Part shown: positions 24,831-38,229 of the stretch, piece by piece | Numbering within the stretch: the first letter of the stretch is position 1 | Layout of the letters: each line of letters opens with the position of its first letter | NCBI GenBank assembly: GCA_002269645.1 | Contig: NIVC01001779.1 | Coordinates: 62,001 to 126,000 of the forward strand | DNA from: Macrostomum lignano | Taxonomy: Eukaryota | DNA length: 64,000 nucleotides | Reading direction: 5' to 3' | The notes under the pieces: generated by a model | Told to the model about the DNA's origin: nothing | The model's input: the letters and a program-made list of their open reading frames with translations, nothing else | The model's database searches: none | Position numbers and translations under genes: made by a program

Positions 24831-25521
24831 GGAATCATAACCCAGTGATCGTAGGGCTGGGTTTTTGATTATTTGATCAGTAGAATCCAATAAAAAGCCC
24901 AGTCTTTCGATAAGCTTTGAGAATCAAATTCTTATCCAGGGACTACTCAAACATCGGGACGGAATACTAGGCTAGGCAAATCATGGCAATTCTGGTACGA
25001 GGTCTCAGATGTCGTTTCATAAATCATAGAAGGCACTAAATGACATTTAACTCAGCTAATGAAGTTAAGTGGAACGATTTTATCAGTATGTGTATTCGAA
25101 AAAAATTCTGAGTACCAAATGCAACAGTCAAAAAAATTTTTTTCACCAATTTATAAGTTTTTTAAGATCTGCATTTTGTACTCGTATATTTATAGTTTTC
25201 ATATATCTTGTAACAATATCTATTGAAGATGTCAGCTTTAGACAGGCTAGTTTTAGTCATAATTAGAAAGGTATTAGCACTCTCGAAGTTTTAATTTAGA
25301 TTCAGTTTTTTTTCTTAATATTCTGCCTGAAGAGTCGCTGATATGACTGTTCAGTAGTCTACACGATAAGCTTCACTCGTGGCCTAAACCAGCATTGACT
25401 CATCGAGACTATATATATATATACTGAAGATAAACAGAAAAAGAAAATATATATAGATTAAAAGCTCTGCAGTTCAAGCAGCCCAGCAGGTCAGACCAAG
25501 ATTGCCAAGTTAAAGTGCAAG

Positions 25522-26622
25522 ATGTGGAACTCTGTCATAATTATTCTGTATCTGAGCTGCGTTGCAGCAGCGACGGCAGACACACAACAGTCGATGTTGA
25601 TATCAGACTCTGACATTTGCCAGCCGAAGCTGCCGCCCGACTCCATCAAGCCAAACAGCTCGGCACCTACTCTGCTGCTCCAGTGGCACACTTGGGCGTG
25701 GCTGGAGAACCTCACGGATCCTGACTGGGCACCAAGGACCGAGCAGAGTTATATAAGATACGATTTTGTACGGCCAGGAAGCGTCTTCAACTGGACCTTA
25801 AAGTTGGTAACGGTCGAAAATACTGTAAGTACTACAAGGAAAACTCAAGCAAGAACATACGCTGACTTGAGATAGATTGGAGATGTGAAAGTTCAGTTTA
25901 ACAATTAATTGTTGAATGTCTCAATGTTCTTCGATACGGTCGACTCTCAATTATTGCAGAACGGTTTTCAAAAAGTGCCTAAACGGTACCTCAACAACAA
26001 AACATTGCAGACCGTGGTAGCGAGCCTCGTGACAGATGGCAATACCCTATGCATGTCGAGCCGCACTCTCTACATGAACATCAGCGCGAACGGAACCACA
26101 GAAAGCTCAATAGGCTGTACTAGTCTCTGCTTTACAAACATCTCTAGCATTGGGACAGCAATGGACTTGCCGCTTCTCGAGCTTAACAATGATACTAATC
26201 TGCAGAGATCGACCGAATACTTGGCAGTTGACAGCTTGGATCCCGAGGAGCAGGCTTCGTACAATTGTTTAGGTCTTCTTCTTAATTGGCCAATTACGGA
26301 TGTGCCGGAGCTACGAAAACCGATAAACCACCTTTGCTCAAGGGGCAGCCTGTGCCTTATAGCCTTTAATGGTATAAGATTTCACGCAGGCTGCAATACT
26401 AACTTCAACTATGGCTACTGCAATAGCAACTGGACCGTGTGCGACTTTCAAAATAACCGTTACTGCCCAATCTGTTGCCGTGGCAACAAGTGCAACATGG
26501 ACATAGCTGAGGAGCTGTACCTGATCTACGGAGGCGCAAATTATAGTCGTGCTTCATCAACGATTGTGCTAACGACGGCGCTCGGCTTGCTGTTAGGAAC
26601 GGCCTTAAAAACAAATATCTGA
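25522..26622 (+). CDS. Secreted/GPI-anchored protein with a C-terminal Ly6/uPAR (three-finger)-like domain, 321 aa (exons 25522-25824, 25960-26622)
   Basis: Signal peptide; phase-0 intron gtaagt...ttattgcag; many N-glycosylation sequons; terminal CPICCRGNKCN (CCxxxxCN) followed by a spacer and hydrophobic tail typical of a GPI signal. Confidence 0.8.
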
Positions 26623-26824
26623 GGTTAACTCTAATTAACTGAACCAATTATCCTTAAATACTGATTGAATCTGATTGCTAATTATAACTAAGAAAAATTT
26701 TTACTCTGATATTAAGTAATTCAAATAAAGAATTAAATATCCAGAAAAACACAAATTATTCAATAAAATTTATACTTGAAATCTTCAATTAAATCACAAG
26801 CTACAGTAGACTCCAGCACAGTAT

Positions 26825-28241
26825 TTAGTCATTGTACCAGTCCAGAAACCACAGAGTCAGAGAAGTGACAATCAGATAGAAGAGCAGCCAGAATCTCAAA
26901 CTGGCCTTATTCTGCATCGCCTTACGCAACTGTTCATTGCCGTAGCGAACATTCTCAACGCTGGACACTGTCTCCACGTGGATATGATCGATTTGACCTT
27001 CCTGTTCCAGCACTCGCTCGCCGAACTGCCTCTGCAAACTGGCAATCTGTGTTAGTTGACTTTCAACTTGTTTAACATCTCCGCTTAATGCTGTGAGCTC
27101 GTTTAGCATGGCTATGCTCTCTTGTTGAAGTTCGGCTTTCTCGTGTGGGCTGAGCGACTCTACTATCGGATCGTCGGGCTGCGGCGGCTGCACGGTTGTC
27201 GATGTCGTTTTTGATGCAGCAGAAGATTTCGACTGATTAGTAGGATTTCGTCGACGCTGCAGCACGGAGGCTGGCACGAATTCGGCTTGCAGACGGGCTC
27301 GGCGACGGCGCCGGTGACAGGCGGCTCGATGGCTGGCAGCGATTGTCTGCCGAGAAGGGGTGAGAGGGAGGGCGAGGTAAAGGGTATTCGGCAAGCTTAG
27401 TGCTGTGCACTCACTGACAAGTAGCTGGTGAGAGTGGCTCCGCCATAGCTGGCACTGCCATCTACCCACTGATGCTGGCACTACCCACTGTAGCTGGCAC
27501 TGCCCACTGTAGCTGGCACTACCCACTGTAGCTGGCACTACCCACTGTAGCTGGAACTACCCACTGTAGCTGGCACTACCCACTGCAGCTGGAACTACCC
27601 ACTGTAGCTGGCACTACCCACTGTAGCTGGCACTACCCACTGTAGCTGGAACTACCCACTGTAGCTGGCACTACCCACTGTAGCTGGCACTACCCACTGT
27701 AGCTGGCACTACCCACTGTAGCTGGCACTACCCACTGCAGCTGGAACTACCCAATACCCACTGCAGCTGGAACTACCCAATACCCACTGTAGCTGGCACT
27801 ATCCCCTTGTAGCTTTAGACACCCAAGCAGACAAGCAACTCTGCAAGCGTTCACCTGTAAGCGTTCGCGTAAAATCTGCGTCACTTCGCGTCGATGCGCC
27901 AGAGCTTGCGGCCCAGCAACAGCAGCGGATGGTTCAGCTAGCTGAGCTGTCAATCTATTCAATCCCGCATCGCAAGCTGCCAACATTCGAGCAATCTCTT
28001 GCTCAACTGCCGGAGTAGTTCTTGCCGACTCTGTAGAATCCGACTGAGCAGACTGGACAATATTGCGTGCCTGCACTATTAGCGAGTGCAATTGGCGGCC
28101 TTGAGTGGAAAAATTGCATTGCAAATCTTCTTTTGGCGTCTTCTGTTGCTGCTGCTGTTGTTGTTGCAGAGAATTCGACAGACCTTTGCGCAGTTCGAGC
28201 GCTTTAACAGCGGCTCGAAATACCTTTGTAACGTCAGCCAT
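26825..28241 (-). CDS. STX18: Syntaxin-18, 302 aa (exons 28241-27855, 27346-26825)
   Basis: MADVTKVFRAAVK matches the STX18 N-terminus (DITLLFRASVK). SNARE helix VKQVESQLTQIASLQRQFGERVLEQEGQID...NVRYGNEQLRKA; C-terminal TM ending FLDWYND; phase-0 GT-AG intron. Confidence 0.92.
27444..27805. repeat. 19-bp minisatellite (ACTGTAGCTGGCACTACCC) in the STX18 intron
   Basis: Tandem units. Confidence 0.95.
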
Positions 28242-28658
28242 GAGAGAGAAAAAACATTTTGAAGACAGCAAGTCATACGAACGCCCCGTGAGAATTATGG
28301 GTGAGAATTTATTGCGAGAGTGAGAACGAAAGTTTCACTTGTGTTAATTATAATAATTTAACTATAGGACTTCTAATTTGGTCAGCGAGAAATTTAAGTT
28401 CAGTTGCATCTAAGAAGAAACGTTGTTGCTCTCTAAGAATTACATGTACCGACCATTCGGTATTCTATGGCCAAAACATCCCAGCCCATATAAACCTATA
28501 AACCTTATAGTGTGTGCCCGCACTAAGCATACATTGGTTGACTTAGGCTAGTTTTTTTCTCACCCTGTTTAAGTCAATGATTCAACTTAGCGGCGGCCTG
28601 CAGCATGTTTTATAAAATGTATGAGATGAAGCACAGGGCTCTGTTTATTTATCCGGAT

Positions 28659-28798
28659 AGATAGGTAAATAGATGTATAGATAGATAGACAGATAGGTAG
28701 GTAGGTAGATGGATAGATAGATAGGCAGATAGGTAGGTAGGTAGATGGATAGATAGATAGATAGACAGGTAGGTAGATGGATAGATAGACAGACAGAC

Positions 28799-28861
<63 letters not shown>

Positions 28862-28934
28862 CAGATAGGTAGGTAGGTAGATGGATAGATAGATAGATAG
28901 ACAGGTAGGTAGATGGATAGATAGACAGACAGAC

Positions 28935-28985
<51 letters not shown>

Positions 28986-29114
28986 CAGATAGATAGATAG
29001 ATAGACAGGTAGGTAGGTAGATGGATAGATAGATAAATAGATAGACAGATAGGTAGGTAGATGGATAGATAGACAGACAGATAGATAGATAGACAGATAG
29101 ATAGACAGACAGAC

Positions 29115-29161
<47 letters not shown>

Positions 29162-29208
29162 CAGGTAGGTAGGTAGGTAGATGGATAGATAGGCAGACAG
29201 ATAGATAG
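28659..29208. repeat. Compound (GATA/GACA/GGTA)n microsatellite
   Basis: Mixed tetranucleotide run with duplicated blocks. Confidence 0.97.
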
Positions 29209-29694
29209 ATTCAGCTCATGGGACACTAAGAGTGCCCGGAAAAGCATGTCTAGCTTGTAATCTCCTACGTGTGAACCAGCCTGACTTAAACAAAGCAGTT
29301 AGAAAACGGTACAACATATATTGAATCAACAATCAGATAAAGCCAATCAATGCAAATGTATTTAATTCAGATATTTTAATAAAGTAAAGGAACGATGACA
29401 GTTTAAATAGAGAATATATATTTGTTAGAAGTTGATGAAAACTTGAACGATCGAGCTTGAAGAAAGTCAACAAATTATTAATTGATATATTTTACTAACA
29501 AAAATAATTACATTATAAAGAATATTACCAAGTAAGCACTAATGATGAAAACAAAACTTGTATTCTAGTAAATATAAAATAGACATCAGCTTCTGTTTTC
29601 TAATTTTATTATGTGATCAAAATTGGCAAGGTGAAATCGGGATGCATGAGGGACTATTAAAATGGGATGCTAAGAAGATACCGATTGATAATAT

Positions 29695-30527
29695 TCTAGA
29701 TTCCTATTCGGGGGTATTCTAGATTTATATTTAGGGGTATTTTAGATTCCTTTTTTGGGGCATTCTAGATTCCTACTTGGGGGTATTCTAGATTCCTATT
29801 TGGGGGTATTTTAGATTCCCTTTTTGGGGTATTCTAGATTCCAATTTGGTGGTATTCTAGATTCCTATTTGGTGGTATTCTAGATTCATATTTGGTGGTA
29901 TTCTAGATTCCTATTTGGTGGTATTCTAGATTCCTATTTGGTGGTATTCTAGATTCGCATTTGGGAGCATTCTAGATTCCTACTTGGGGGTATTCTAGAT
30001 TCCTATTTGGGGGTATTTTAGATTCCTTTTTTGGGGTATTCTAGATTCCAATTTGGTGGTATTCTAGATTCCTATTTGGTGGTATTCTAGATTCCTATTT
30101 GGTGGTATTCTAGATTCCTATTTGGTGGTATTCTAGATTCCTATTTGGTGGTATTCTAGATTCCTATTTGGTGGTATTCTAGATTCGCATTTGGGGGCAT
30201 TCTAGATTCCTACTTGGGGGTATTCTAGATTCCTATTTGGGGGTATTCTAGATTCCTACTTGCGGGTATTCTAGATTCCAATTTGGTGGTATTCTAGATT
30301 CCTATTTGGGGGCATTCTAGATTCCTATTTGGGGGTATTCTAGATTCCTATTTGGGGGCATTCTAGATTCCAATTTAGTGGTATTCTAGATTCGCATTTG
30401 GGGTCATTCTAGATTCCTACTTGCGGGTATTCTAGATTCCAATTTGGTGGTATTCTAGATTCCTATTTGGGGGCATTCTAGATTCCTATTTGGGGGTATT
30501 CTAGATTCCAATTTGGGGTATCCTAGA
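29695..30527. repeat. 23-bp minisatellite (TTTGGTGGTATTCTAGATTCCTA)
   Basis: Tandem units. Confidence 0.95.
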
Positions 30528-30776
30528 ATCCAAAATCATTTATCAATGTTTAACCAGTCAAACAAAGACAGGTGTATGGTACTTAGCAACAAGCATTTTA
30601 GGTGTACAATGCAAATCAATTAGAATCAATTGAAACAAATTCTAACCATAATAAATAGAATTTACTTCGCAAAAAGTTGTTCAGCTTTCTTCAGAGAAGC
30701 AACAATAGGATAAAAAATACATTTATTTTTAGTCCTAAATAGCAAGGACAATCAAAGCACACACAACCCACCAGAC

Positions 30777-33700
30777 TCAAAAGAGCATATCCAACAATTT
30801 GATAGTAACCTCGTAACCAAGGAAACAGGCAGCGTTGGCCGGGAAGGCGCGCAGCAATACAGGTGTGGCGCCCTTGTACAGAGCGGCCGGACCCTCAGTG
30901 GCCATAAGTTCGGTAAACACCGATCGAATGCCATTGGGGTAGCGGCCCTCCGGAGCTGTCTGCAGCCGCGATTTCAACACATCCTGCGGCAGAGCCACCA
31001 GCCAGTTGAATATACCAGCCATACCGCCGGCAAATAGCACCCTAGCTGGTGACAGTTCACTCTTGGAGTGACCGGCAGGGGTTAGCAACTCTTTCACCCA
31101 TTCGTAGCTCATAAAGTACATCCCGCTGGCTGGAACGTCACGCAGCAGAGTGGCGGCGGTGCCCTACGGTGCGTGAAAAGTAATAAATTAAATAAAAAAC
31201 ATAAACACACTACTTGCCTACTAATAAGTAATAAAAATAGGATATTTAAAGTATAATACGATAAAATTCACATGGCGATGACATATTCTATTTTTATCAT
31301 CTTTCATCTATATAGATTTTTACCCATTAAACGAACTGATAGCATTTTTAAAAACACACACTACTTGCCTACTTATTAGTAATAGACATAGGATATCCGT
31401 TTTTTTATTTTAAAACTCCATATGGCGATGACGTCATTTTTTAGAATCTAGACGCATTAATTCTATTAGGCTACTGAAAGAAATATAAAAAACTAAACTT
31501 TAGCACAATATTAAGCACTTGAATAATTATAAAAATTTGAACCAAACTGACTAGTGGAAATCTTAATAGGGGGATCCCTTCGTAGAGTCTCGACCCTGTG
31601 GGCTCCTATCTGATAGATTAATAAAAGGTAGATTGATAATCCGACTTTTTACGGCGACTAATAAGGCTCTTAGAGAAGCAAAGCAAGAGTCTAAAAATTA
31701 CGAGGGGTGATCAAAAAGTTCTGCAACCTCTTGTTATAGTGCCACAGTGACTGCCAGGTACTGCACAGACACTGCTCTGCCAGGCGTGCTGCAGGAGCGG
31801 CAGGAACGTGCGCGAACCAGACATGGACCTCGACTCCTGCTGCACCATGACAATGCGGCACCGCACAGAGCGGCTTCAACCATGGCATACCTGGAGCAGC
31901 AGGGGGTCCAGCTGCTGCCCCATCCACCTTACACTCCAGACCTAGCACACTGTGACTTTTGGCTGTTCCCGAGGATCAAATCCGTCATTTTGATCCTCAG
32001 GCCATTTTCACGCATACAATACCTTGCCCAAGCGGTACATTCAGCTCTACAGGGTATACCAACTTCGGAGTACCATGACTGCTTTCAGACATGGTACACA
32101 CGCATGCGACAGTGTATAGATGGTGGTGGAAAGTACTTTGAGGGAATGTGACACTGACTAGACGCCTCGGTTGCTGTAACACTGAGTTGTGAGGTCACTT
32201 GCAGAACTTTTTGATCACCCCTCGTAGACTACTGCAATCAGAAAATAAAAAATTCCAAAGCGTATGACACCAGCAAGCAGTGAATTCCTTTACTGGAATA
32301 TTTTTACACCTGTCACACTTGTCTAACGAATAAGCAACAGTGGACTTTATACACTGCAACACATATAGTCTCGACTTGGAAGCAGATCTTTATCTATTAG
32401 CTGTGTGTTATAAAGCTCAAGTCTTGAAGCAATCGCGGGTCATGGTGCTACAGAATTAGCTAACAGAACATTTTAACTACTCTTAGCGCCACAGTAAAAA
32501 ATTCCAAAATTTTCCACATTAAATTAACGGTTACTTTACTTTAGTGCATTATGCAAATTTAATAAGAATATAGATTATTTTAACCTTAGTTGTATAGGGA
32601 CTACAGCTACAACTACTTAGCGAAAAAATAGTCTTAACAAATATATTTTTAAATAATATGTAATAATAGTTGATTAAACCTGCCTTAATGGGCAGGTGTG
32701 CAACCGACAGCTCAGCCGCAGCTATTGCGCGGCGCATCTGAAGGCTGCGTACGGCTGTTCAGTCCAAGGACTGGGAGGTCGCCACACACACCCTCAATTA
32801 CCCCAGCTAATGCTGGCACCCATTTTACAGCTGGGTGAACTGAAGCAATGCAGAGTTATGTGTCTTGCAAGTCGTGAGTCCGATGCTCTAAACACTAGGC
32901 TACAACCCCATCTATTGCTGAGAGTTCAAGGCTTAGCTTAATGGGGAGTTTTTGGTAGGTCAAGCATCAAGAGAGTTAGGGTTAGACAATAGCTCAACGG
33001 GTATGCTAATGGAGATAGGGCTGATGCATTTTTGCTTTAAACATTATTTACTAAAGAAAACAACAATAGTGACTGTGCAAAGTCAAAAGCTACATCCACT
33101 ATACTAATAACAGGATCATGCTTAAGAACGGGGCTTTTAGCCTAGTGATTAGAGCATAAGCCTCACGACTGAAAGGTCGGGGGTTCGATTCTCGACCAAC
33201 TCACTCAGCTGTAAAATGGGTACCCAGCACTAGCTGGAGTAATTTAGGGTGTGTGTGGCGACCCTCCAGTCCTTGGACCAGACCGCCGTACGCAGTCTTC
33301 AGTTGCGTATATCAATAGCTGCCCATTGGCGCAGGTGTAATCAATTACTACATTATTAAGTAAGTAAATTAACTTGCGTACCTTGTAGATACTGCGAATA
33401 CCGCCTTCCTTGTACAATTGTTTAGCGCAGTCAATCGGTCCTTTGTACTTCTGCGGCCCGTGACTATCGGCTTGGATCTGCAGCAGGCATTTGATTCGTT
33501 CGCCAGGCACCATAATGCTTGTAGTGAACACGCCCGATAGACCTCCAGCTAGGAATAGTTGCACTTTAGTTAGCGGCACATTTGGATCTTTAATCTGCAA
33601 ACGTTTGCCTAGATCGTTGCCAAAAAAGCAGACAGCAAACATAGGCGTCACACCGGCTAAGGGAGCCAGCATGCCTTTGTAGAGGCCGCGGAATCCTTCC

Positions 33701-34555
33701 TTGGCAATGGTCTTTTTGGCGCAGTCCAGCGTGCCAAGGTAGCGAGGCTGCTCGCCCGGACCCGGCTTCGGCTGAGTCTGTAGCCTCACCTGGATGAGTG
33801 CAATGTGAACTTATATTAATTCTGCACACCTTTATTCATGTAACCTTTAACTTGCGCTGAGCCTTGGCATCTGAGCAATTCCCCATGAGCCTTGGCATCT
33901 GAGCAATTCCCATATGAGCCTTGGCATCTGAGCAATTCCCCCATGAGCCTTGGCAGCTGAGCAATTCCCCCATGAGCCTTGGCATCAGAGCAATTCCCCC
34001 ATGAGCCTTGGCATCAGAGCAACTCCCCAATGAGTATTAGCATCTGAGCAATTCCCCAATGAGCCTTGGCATCTGAGCAACTTCCCAATGAGCCTTGGCA
34101 TCTGAGCAACTTCCCAATGAGCCTTGGCATCTGAGCAACTTCCCAATGAGCATTAGCATCTGAGCAATTCCCCAATGAGCCTTGGCATCTCAGCTCAGAA
34201 ATTCCCCGATGAGCCTTGGCATCTGAGAAATTCCCCGATGAGCCTTGGCATCTGAGAAATTCCCCGATGAGCCTTGGCATCTGAGCAATATTTCAGCGAA
34301 GTTTAGATGAACAAACAAAAGCAAAGAAACATTAAAATGACAACTCTGAAAATAAAGTCCTAGTGAAAAGAACCTAATGTCCTTTGTGAGCATAAATATT
34401 TCACATTTCCTTACCTTTATCGTGTCCAAAGGATGGCCGGTAGCAACGCAGCACATTCCACCAGCTCCGCCAGCAAAGAAGCTTTTAATGCCACTGACTT
34501 TTTCGCCTTTCTTCACTTCAGCATTGCTGTCAGATTCATTTGTATTCGATGACAT
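30777..34555 (-). CDS. SLC25A20: Mitochondrial carnitine/acylcarnitine carrier, 311 aa (exons 34555-34415, 33789-33382, 31163-30777)
   Basis: Three carrier signatures (PLDTIK, PGERIK, PQDVLK), [37 protein letters not shown] and [14 protein letters not shown]. Two phase-0 GT-AG introns. Confidence 0.96.
31701..32224 (+). mobile_element. Internally deleted mariner (DD34D, irritans/Hsmar2-like ends), 524 bp, in SLC25A20 intron 2
   Basis: Perfect 26-bp TIRs CGAGGGGTGATCAAAAAGTTCTGCAA (31701-31726 and 32199-32224), TA on both sides. The C-terminal transposase HHDNAAPH...[16 protein letters not shown] has 34 residues between the catalytic Ds. Confidence 0.95.
32661..32909 (-). mobile_element. tRNA-headed CORE-like SINE, copy A (B-box region deleted)
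   Basis: The reverse complement aligns to the fuller copy at 60509: A box TAGCCTAGTG, core CAGTTCACCCAGCTGTAAAATGGG, shared 3' body and A/T-rich tail. Confidence 0.85.
33130..33358 (+). mobile_element. tRNA-headed CORE-like SINE, copy B (most of the core deleted)
   Basis: A box TAGCCTAGTGA and B box GGTTCGATTCT, then it joins directly to CAGCTGTAAAATGGG and the shared body. Confidence 0.85.
33855..34290. repeat. 29-bp minisatellite (GAGCCTTGGCATCTGAGCAATTCCCCAAT) in SLC25A20 intron 1
   Basis: Tandem units. Confidence 0.94.
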
Positions 34556-37500
34556 CTTTAGTGCTGATCAATTGAGCTGGAAAGAATAAAAGTTTAATGT
34601 TCAGTAAGCTAATAGAATAGGCTACACCAATGGTTTATATAAATACTAGCAATGTTCTAGTTGCAGTTGTTAGCAAAATTTTCTACCTCAAAGACCAGAT
34701 AAATAAACCTGGCCAATAGCTGCAGGTCAGATAAGAGAGAAAAGGCGAGACAGAGGATATGGGACGAGCAAGTAGATAAGAGTAGAGATAAAACAAGGAG
34801 AGAAAATTAAACATTCTTTCTTTCTTTCTTTCAGACCTTTCTAGGCTGATGGGGGATTTGTAGAGATTTCAATGCTTAGAGGAACATTGCTGAGATGTCA
34901 ATGCTCATGGGGGGGGGGATAACTGATATCTTAAGGATTATAGGGGGAATTGCTGAGGTTACTGCAAGGAGAAACTACATGTAGTTTATTCAAAAAATTT
35001 TTTACCAATTTTGTTGCCTCCTTAATGGGGGGTCGCTGAATTTGTGTGTGGGTAAGTTGCATAACAATCATATTTTTATTCAAAACTACTTGCATATAGC
35101 TAATTTAATTTCACTTTTAGAGGTTGCACATATGATTCTATATTATGATTTATTAAGCTAAAGTTCAGTCAGTTGACTAACTTGACTAGCTGGGTTTAAT
35201 ATATATGCCCCCTTGTAGATAGCTAGTGACTCAAATATTGCTTATATATATTATTAATGTATACATTAATGCAGAACTTTCCTATGCAACAAATATAGGC
35301 TATTAAAATATTAAAAATTTGAAGATCAAGTTTGTTTAAAAATAGAAAATACCTTTTTTAACCTTTTTTGTCGATTTTGTCTCTCTAATAGAAGGGCAAT
35401 GGTATGCTTTAAAAGTATTAGAGGCAGCTAAAGGTGGGTAATATATGTTCTACATTCAATGCAAATAAAACCCACAAGTTAAGGGTGCAATTAAGTTATA
35501 ATGACTTTTTTTGGAGATATTGGGTACTAAAAGCACACACTTATTTGAAATATAAAAATTTTAAAGGGTGGTAAACAGGTCTACTTTGTTAGTATTAGCA
35601 ATAGAAAGGCTAGCAAATCACATACTTATATAACTAAGTGGACAATATGAGCAATGATATGGCACTTAAAATGCTATTGTTTCTTTCTTACTTTATAATT
35701 TTTTTATTGTTGATAGACTAGGGATTGCAATCCTGGGATCTTAAAATTGAATCTTAAGACAAATTTTTGTTACTTTTTTTATATAGTGTAATATGAACAT
35801 AATAAGGCTCAAACTAGTTTGTTATACTGCAGTGTGCTAATTTCTATTAATTGTCTTATATTGTATTGTATCAATCTAATCTAAACATCTAATTACTATT
35901 ACCTAAATGAAAATGAAGCCAATTAGAATTTTTGTTTATATTTTATTACTTAATGGATAGACTTAGTAACTGGTATTGGTTAATAGTTTGATAAGCTTCT
36001 ACTTGATTGGTTGACCTTATAGTTGCTAGTTGCTAGTATTTAATGCTATTTAATCAAGTATCAGCTTTTAGGCTACTACAATCAAAACAATTTTAGTCAA
36101 TAGTAAAGCGATGTCTAATCAGAGTGTTGCTAGGCAATTTTTAAATCAATGTATGTCAGAAAGATTTTTACTTCAGTTAATAAATTAAAGCTTATTTGAT
36201 GCCCAACACTTGCATAAATATTTGCCAAAAAGATGGTTGAAGTGGGTCAATTTTGTTTAAAGTTAAAGATGATCATTTTGAATGTCTGTCTGAATATCTG
36301 TCATGAAATCCTCACATTAAAAATGTTACTTGTAAAAAATAAAAAATTTTACTTTCTATTACTTAAAATTTAAAAAGCCTTAAAAGGTCACATTTTATAC
36401 CATTAGTATTTTAGCTACTCTTTTAAATACTATATTTTTACAAAACTTATACTTATACTAGGATTATTAGACCTAAATATAAATTCCTGGCTTCCTTTTA
36501 AATTATTATTAGCCCATCCCCCCTATATTGAATTATACTGACCAAATAGGCTTTTTACCTAAGCCAAACTTATTGGTAATAAAAATATATTTTGGCAATT
36601 TTAAGTGACAATTTTTATAATGACACACTTAGAGACATGGCACCCATGTCTATAATGTAGAAACTTATAGACATGGCGGCCATGTCTTTAATAGTAACTA
36701 GGTCCATTCTAAGTTTCCGCATTTTAGGCATGGCCGCTTTGTCTATAAGTATAGACCAAGTCACTATTAGAGACATGACTGCCATGTCAATGAAACTTGC
36801 ATGGTAGCCGTATCATTAATATTGAATGGGTTCACACTTAGAAACACAGTGGGTAGCTGTGTCTCTAATATTGGAGCTTATAGGCATGGCTGCCATCACT
36901 ATGTAGGCCTATATAATCATTGATTGGATGAAAAAGATTGATTAAAAAGTTAGTTTTTTTATTTTCAATTTTTTTAAATTAAATCAAATCTAATTTTTAA
37001 GAGTAACAAAAAATTTTTTTAAAGTACGACCACAATTATATATGTAGCTACTCACTGAAAAGAAACAATTTTTTTGATACATATCAGCCTCACTTAAAAA
37101 TTTAGTCTTATTTTTATTTTTTTAAAAATAATTAAATTTACTTTTTTTAGGCCTAATTAAAAAATATAAAAAGTTCAAGATAGAAAATTTTCTGTTTGCT
37201 AAAAAAATTCTAAATAAAAAACTCTGACCACTTGGGATTCTAACTTAGCTACACACAATCACCAGGAATCAACATATCTACTAAGCCACTACTTGCTTGT
37301 GAGAGGGTCCTACAGAACACACATTTTATATTGATGATTTTAGCCATGCCTAGGCCTATAAGCTCAAATATTATAGACATGGCTGCCATGGCTATAAGTA
37401 GGCCTACTCTATTTTTTTTAAAAGTAATTATTATTAATAACTTTTTATTATTATTATTAAAATATAAAATATATTATTAAAAATTATTAAAATATTAAAC

Positions 37501-38229
37501 CAAATAATAAAAATGAACAGTTTTTATACTTATTTATATTATTAATAACATTGGGCCTAGCTTAGGGCCTGTTTATTTTTATAGATAAAATTGAATTCTA
37601 AAATTTTAAAATATCACTGAAGTCCTTATCTAATATCTAATTTTTAAAATTTGCTAGGATAGTTCTATGGGTTTAGATAGGTCTGGCAAGGGGACTACCC
37701 CTCCTGCCCTGTTAATCACAGGTGCTGCGCCACTACTGTCAATCTTTACAATTGTAATTGTCTTCCTTTGACTTTGTTGATATAAAAAACTCAAATAGGC
37801 CTAAAAAAGCATTTTAGTAAAAAAACTTAACAAATTCAAATGTATTTTATTGTTACAGTGGGAACATAACTGTGACAACAGTTTGGGAAATTTTCTTGAT
37901 CCAAATTCCAGCACTAGAACACAGTTCTGAACGCACTTTGGTCTTTTGACATTGACACACTTTGCATTCATGCCAATGCCAATGTTGTTTCTTAGACTTT
38001 ATAATTAGGACAGAAAATTTCTGCTTAGCTATTAAATTTTAAAGCTGAAAATGGCCATGACGCAATGCGTCAGAGTAAAGAATGCATCAGCGAAACATGA
38101 ATTCATTTTTTGTTCGAATAATCTGTTCGAAGGTAAAATATCTGTCAGGAGTCAGGACACCCACACTGGCCACACATCACATGTAATCGGTAATATATGA
38201 TGATGATGACCATTATGAAATTTATAAGC

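Noticed and set aside
36630-36900. CRISPR array
   Set aside because: Eukaryotic context, degenerate repeats, irregular and mutually related spacers, and no cas genes.
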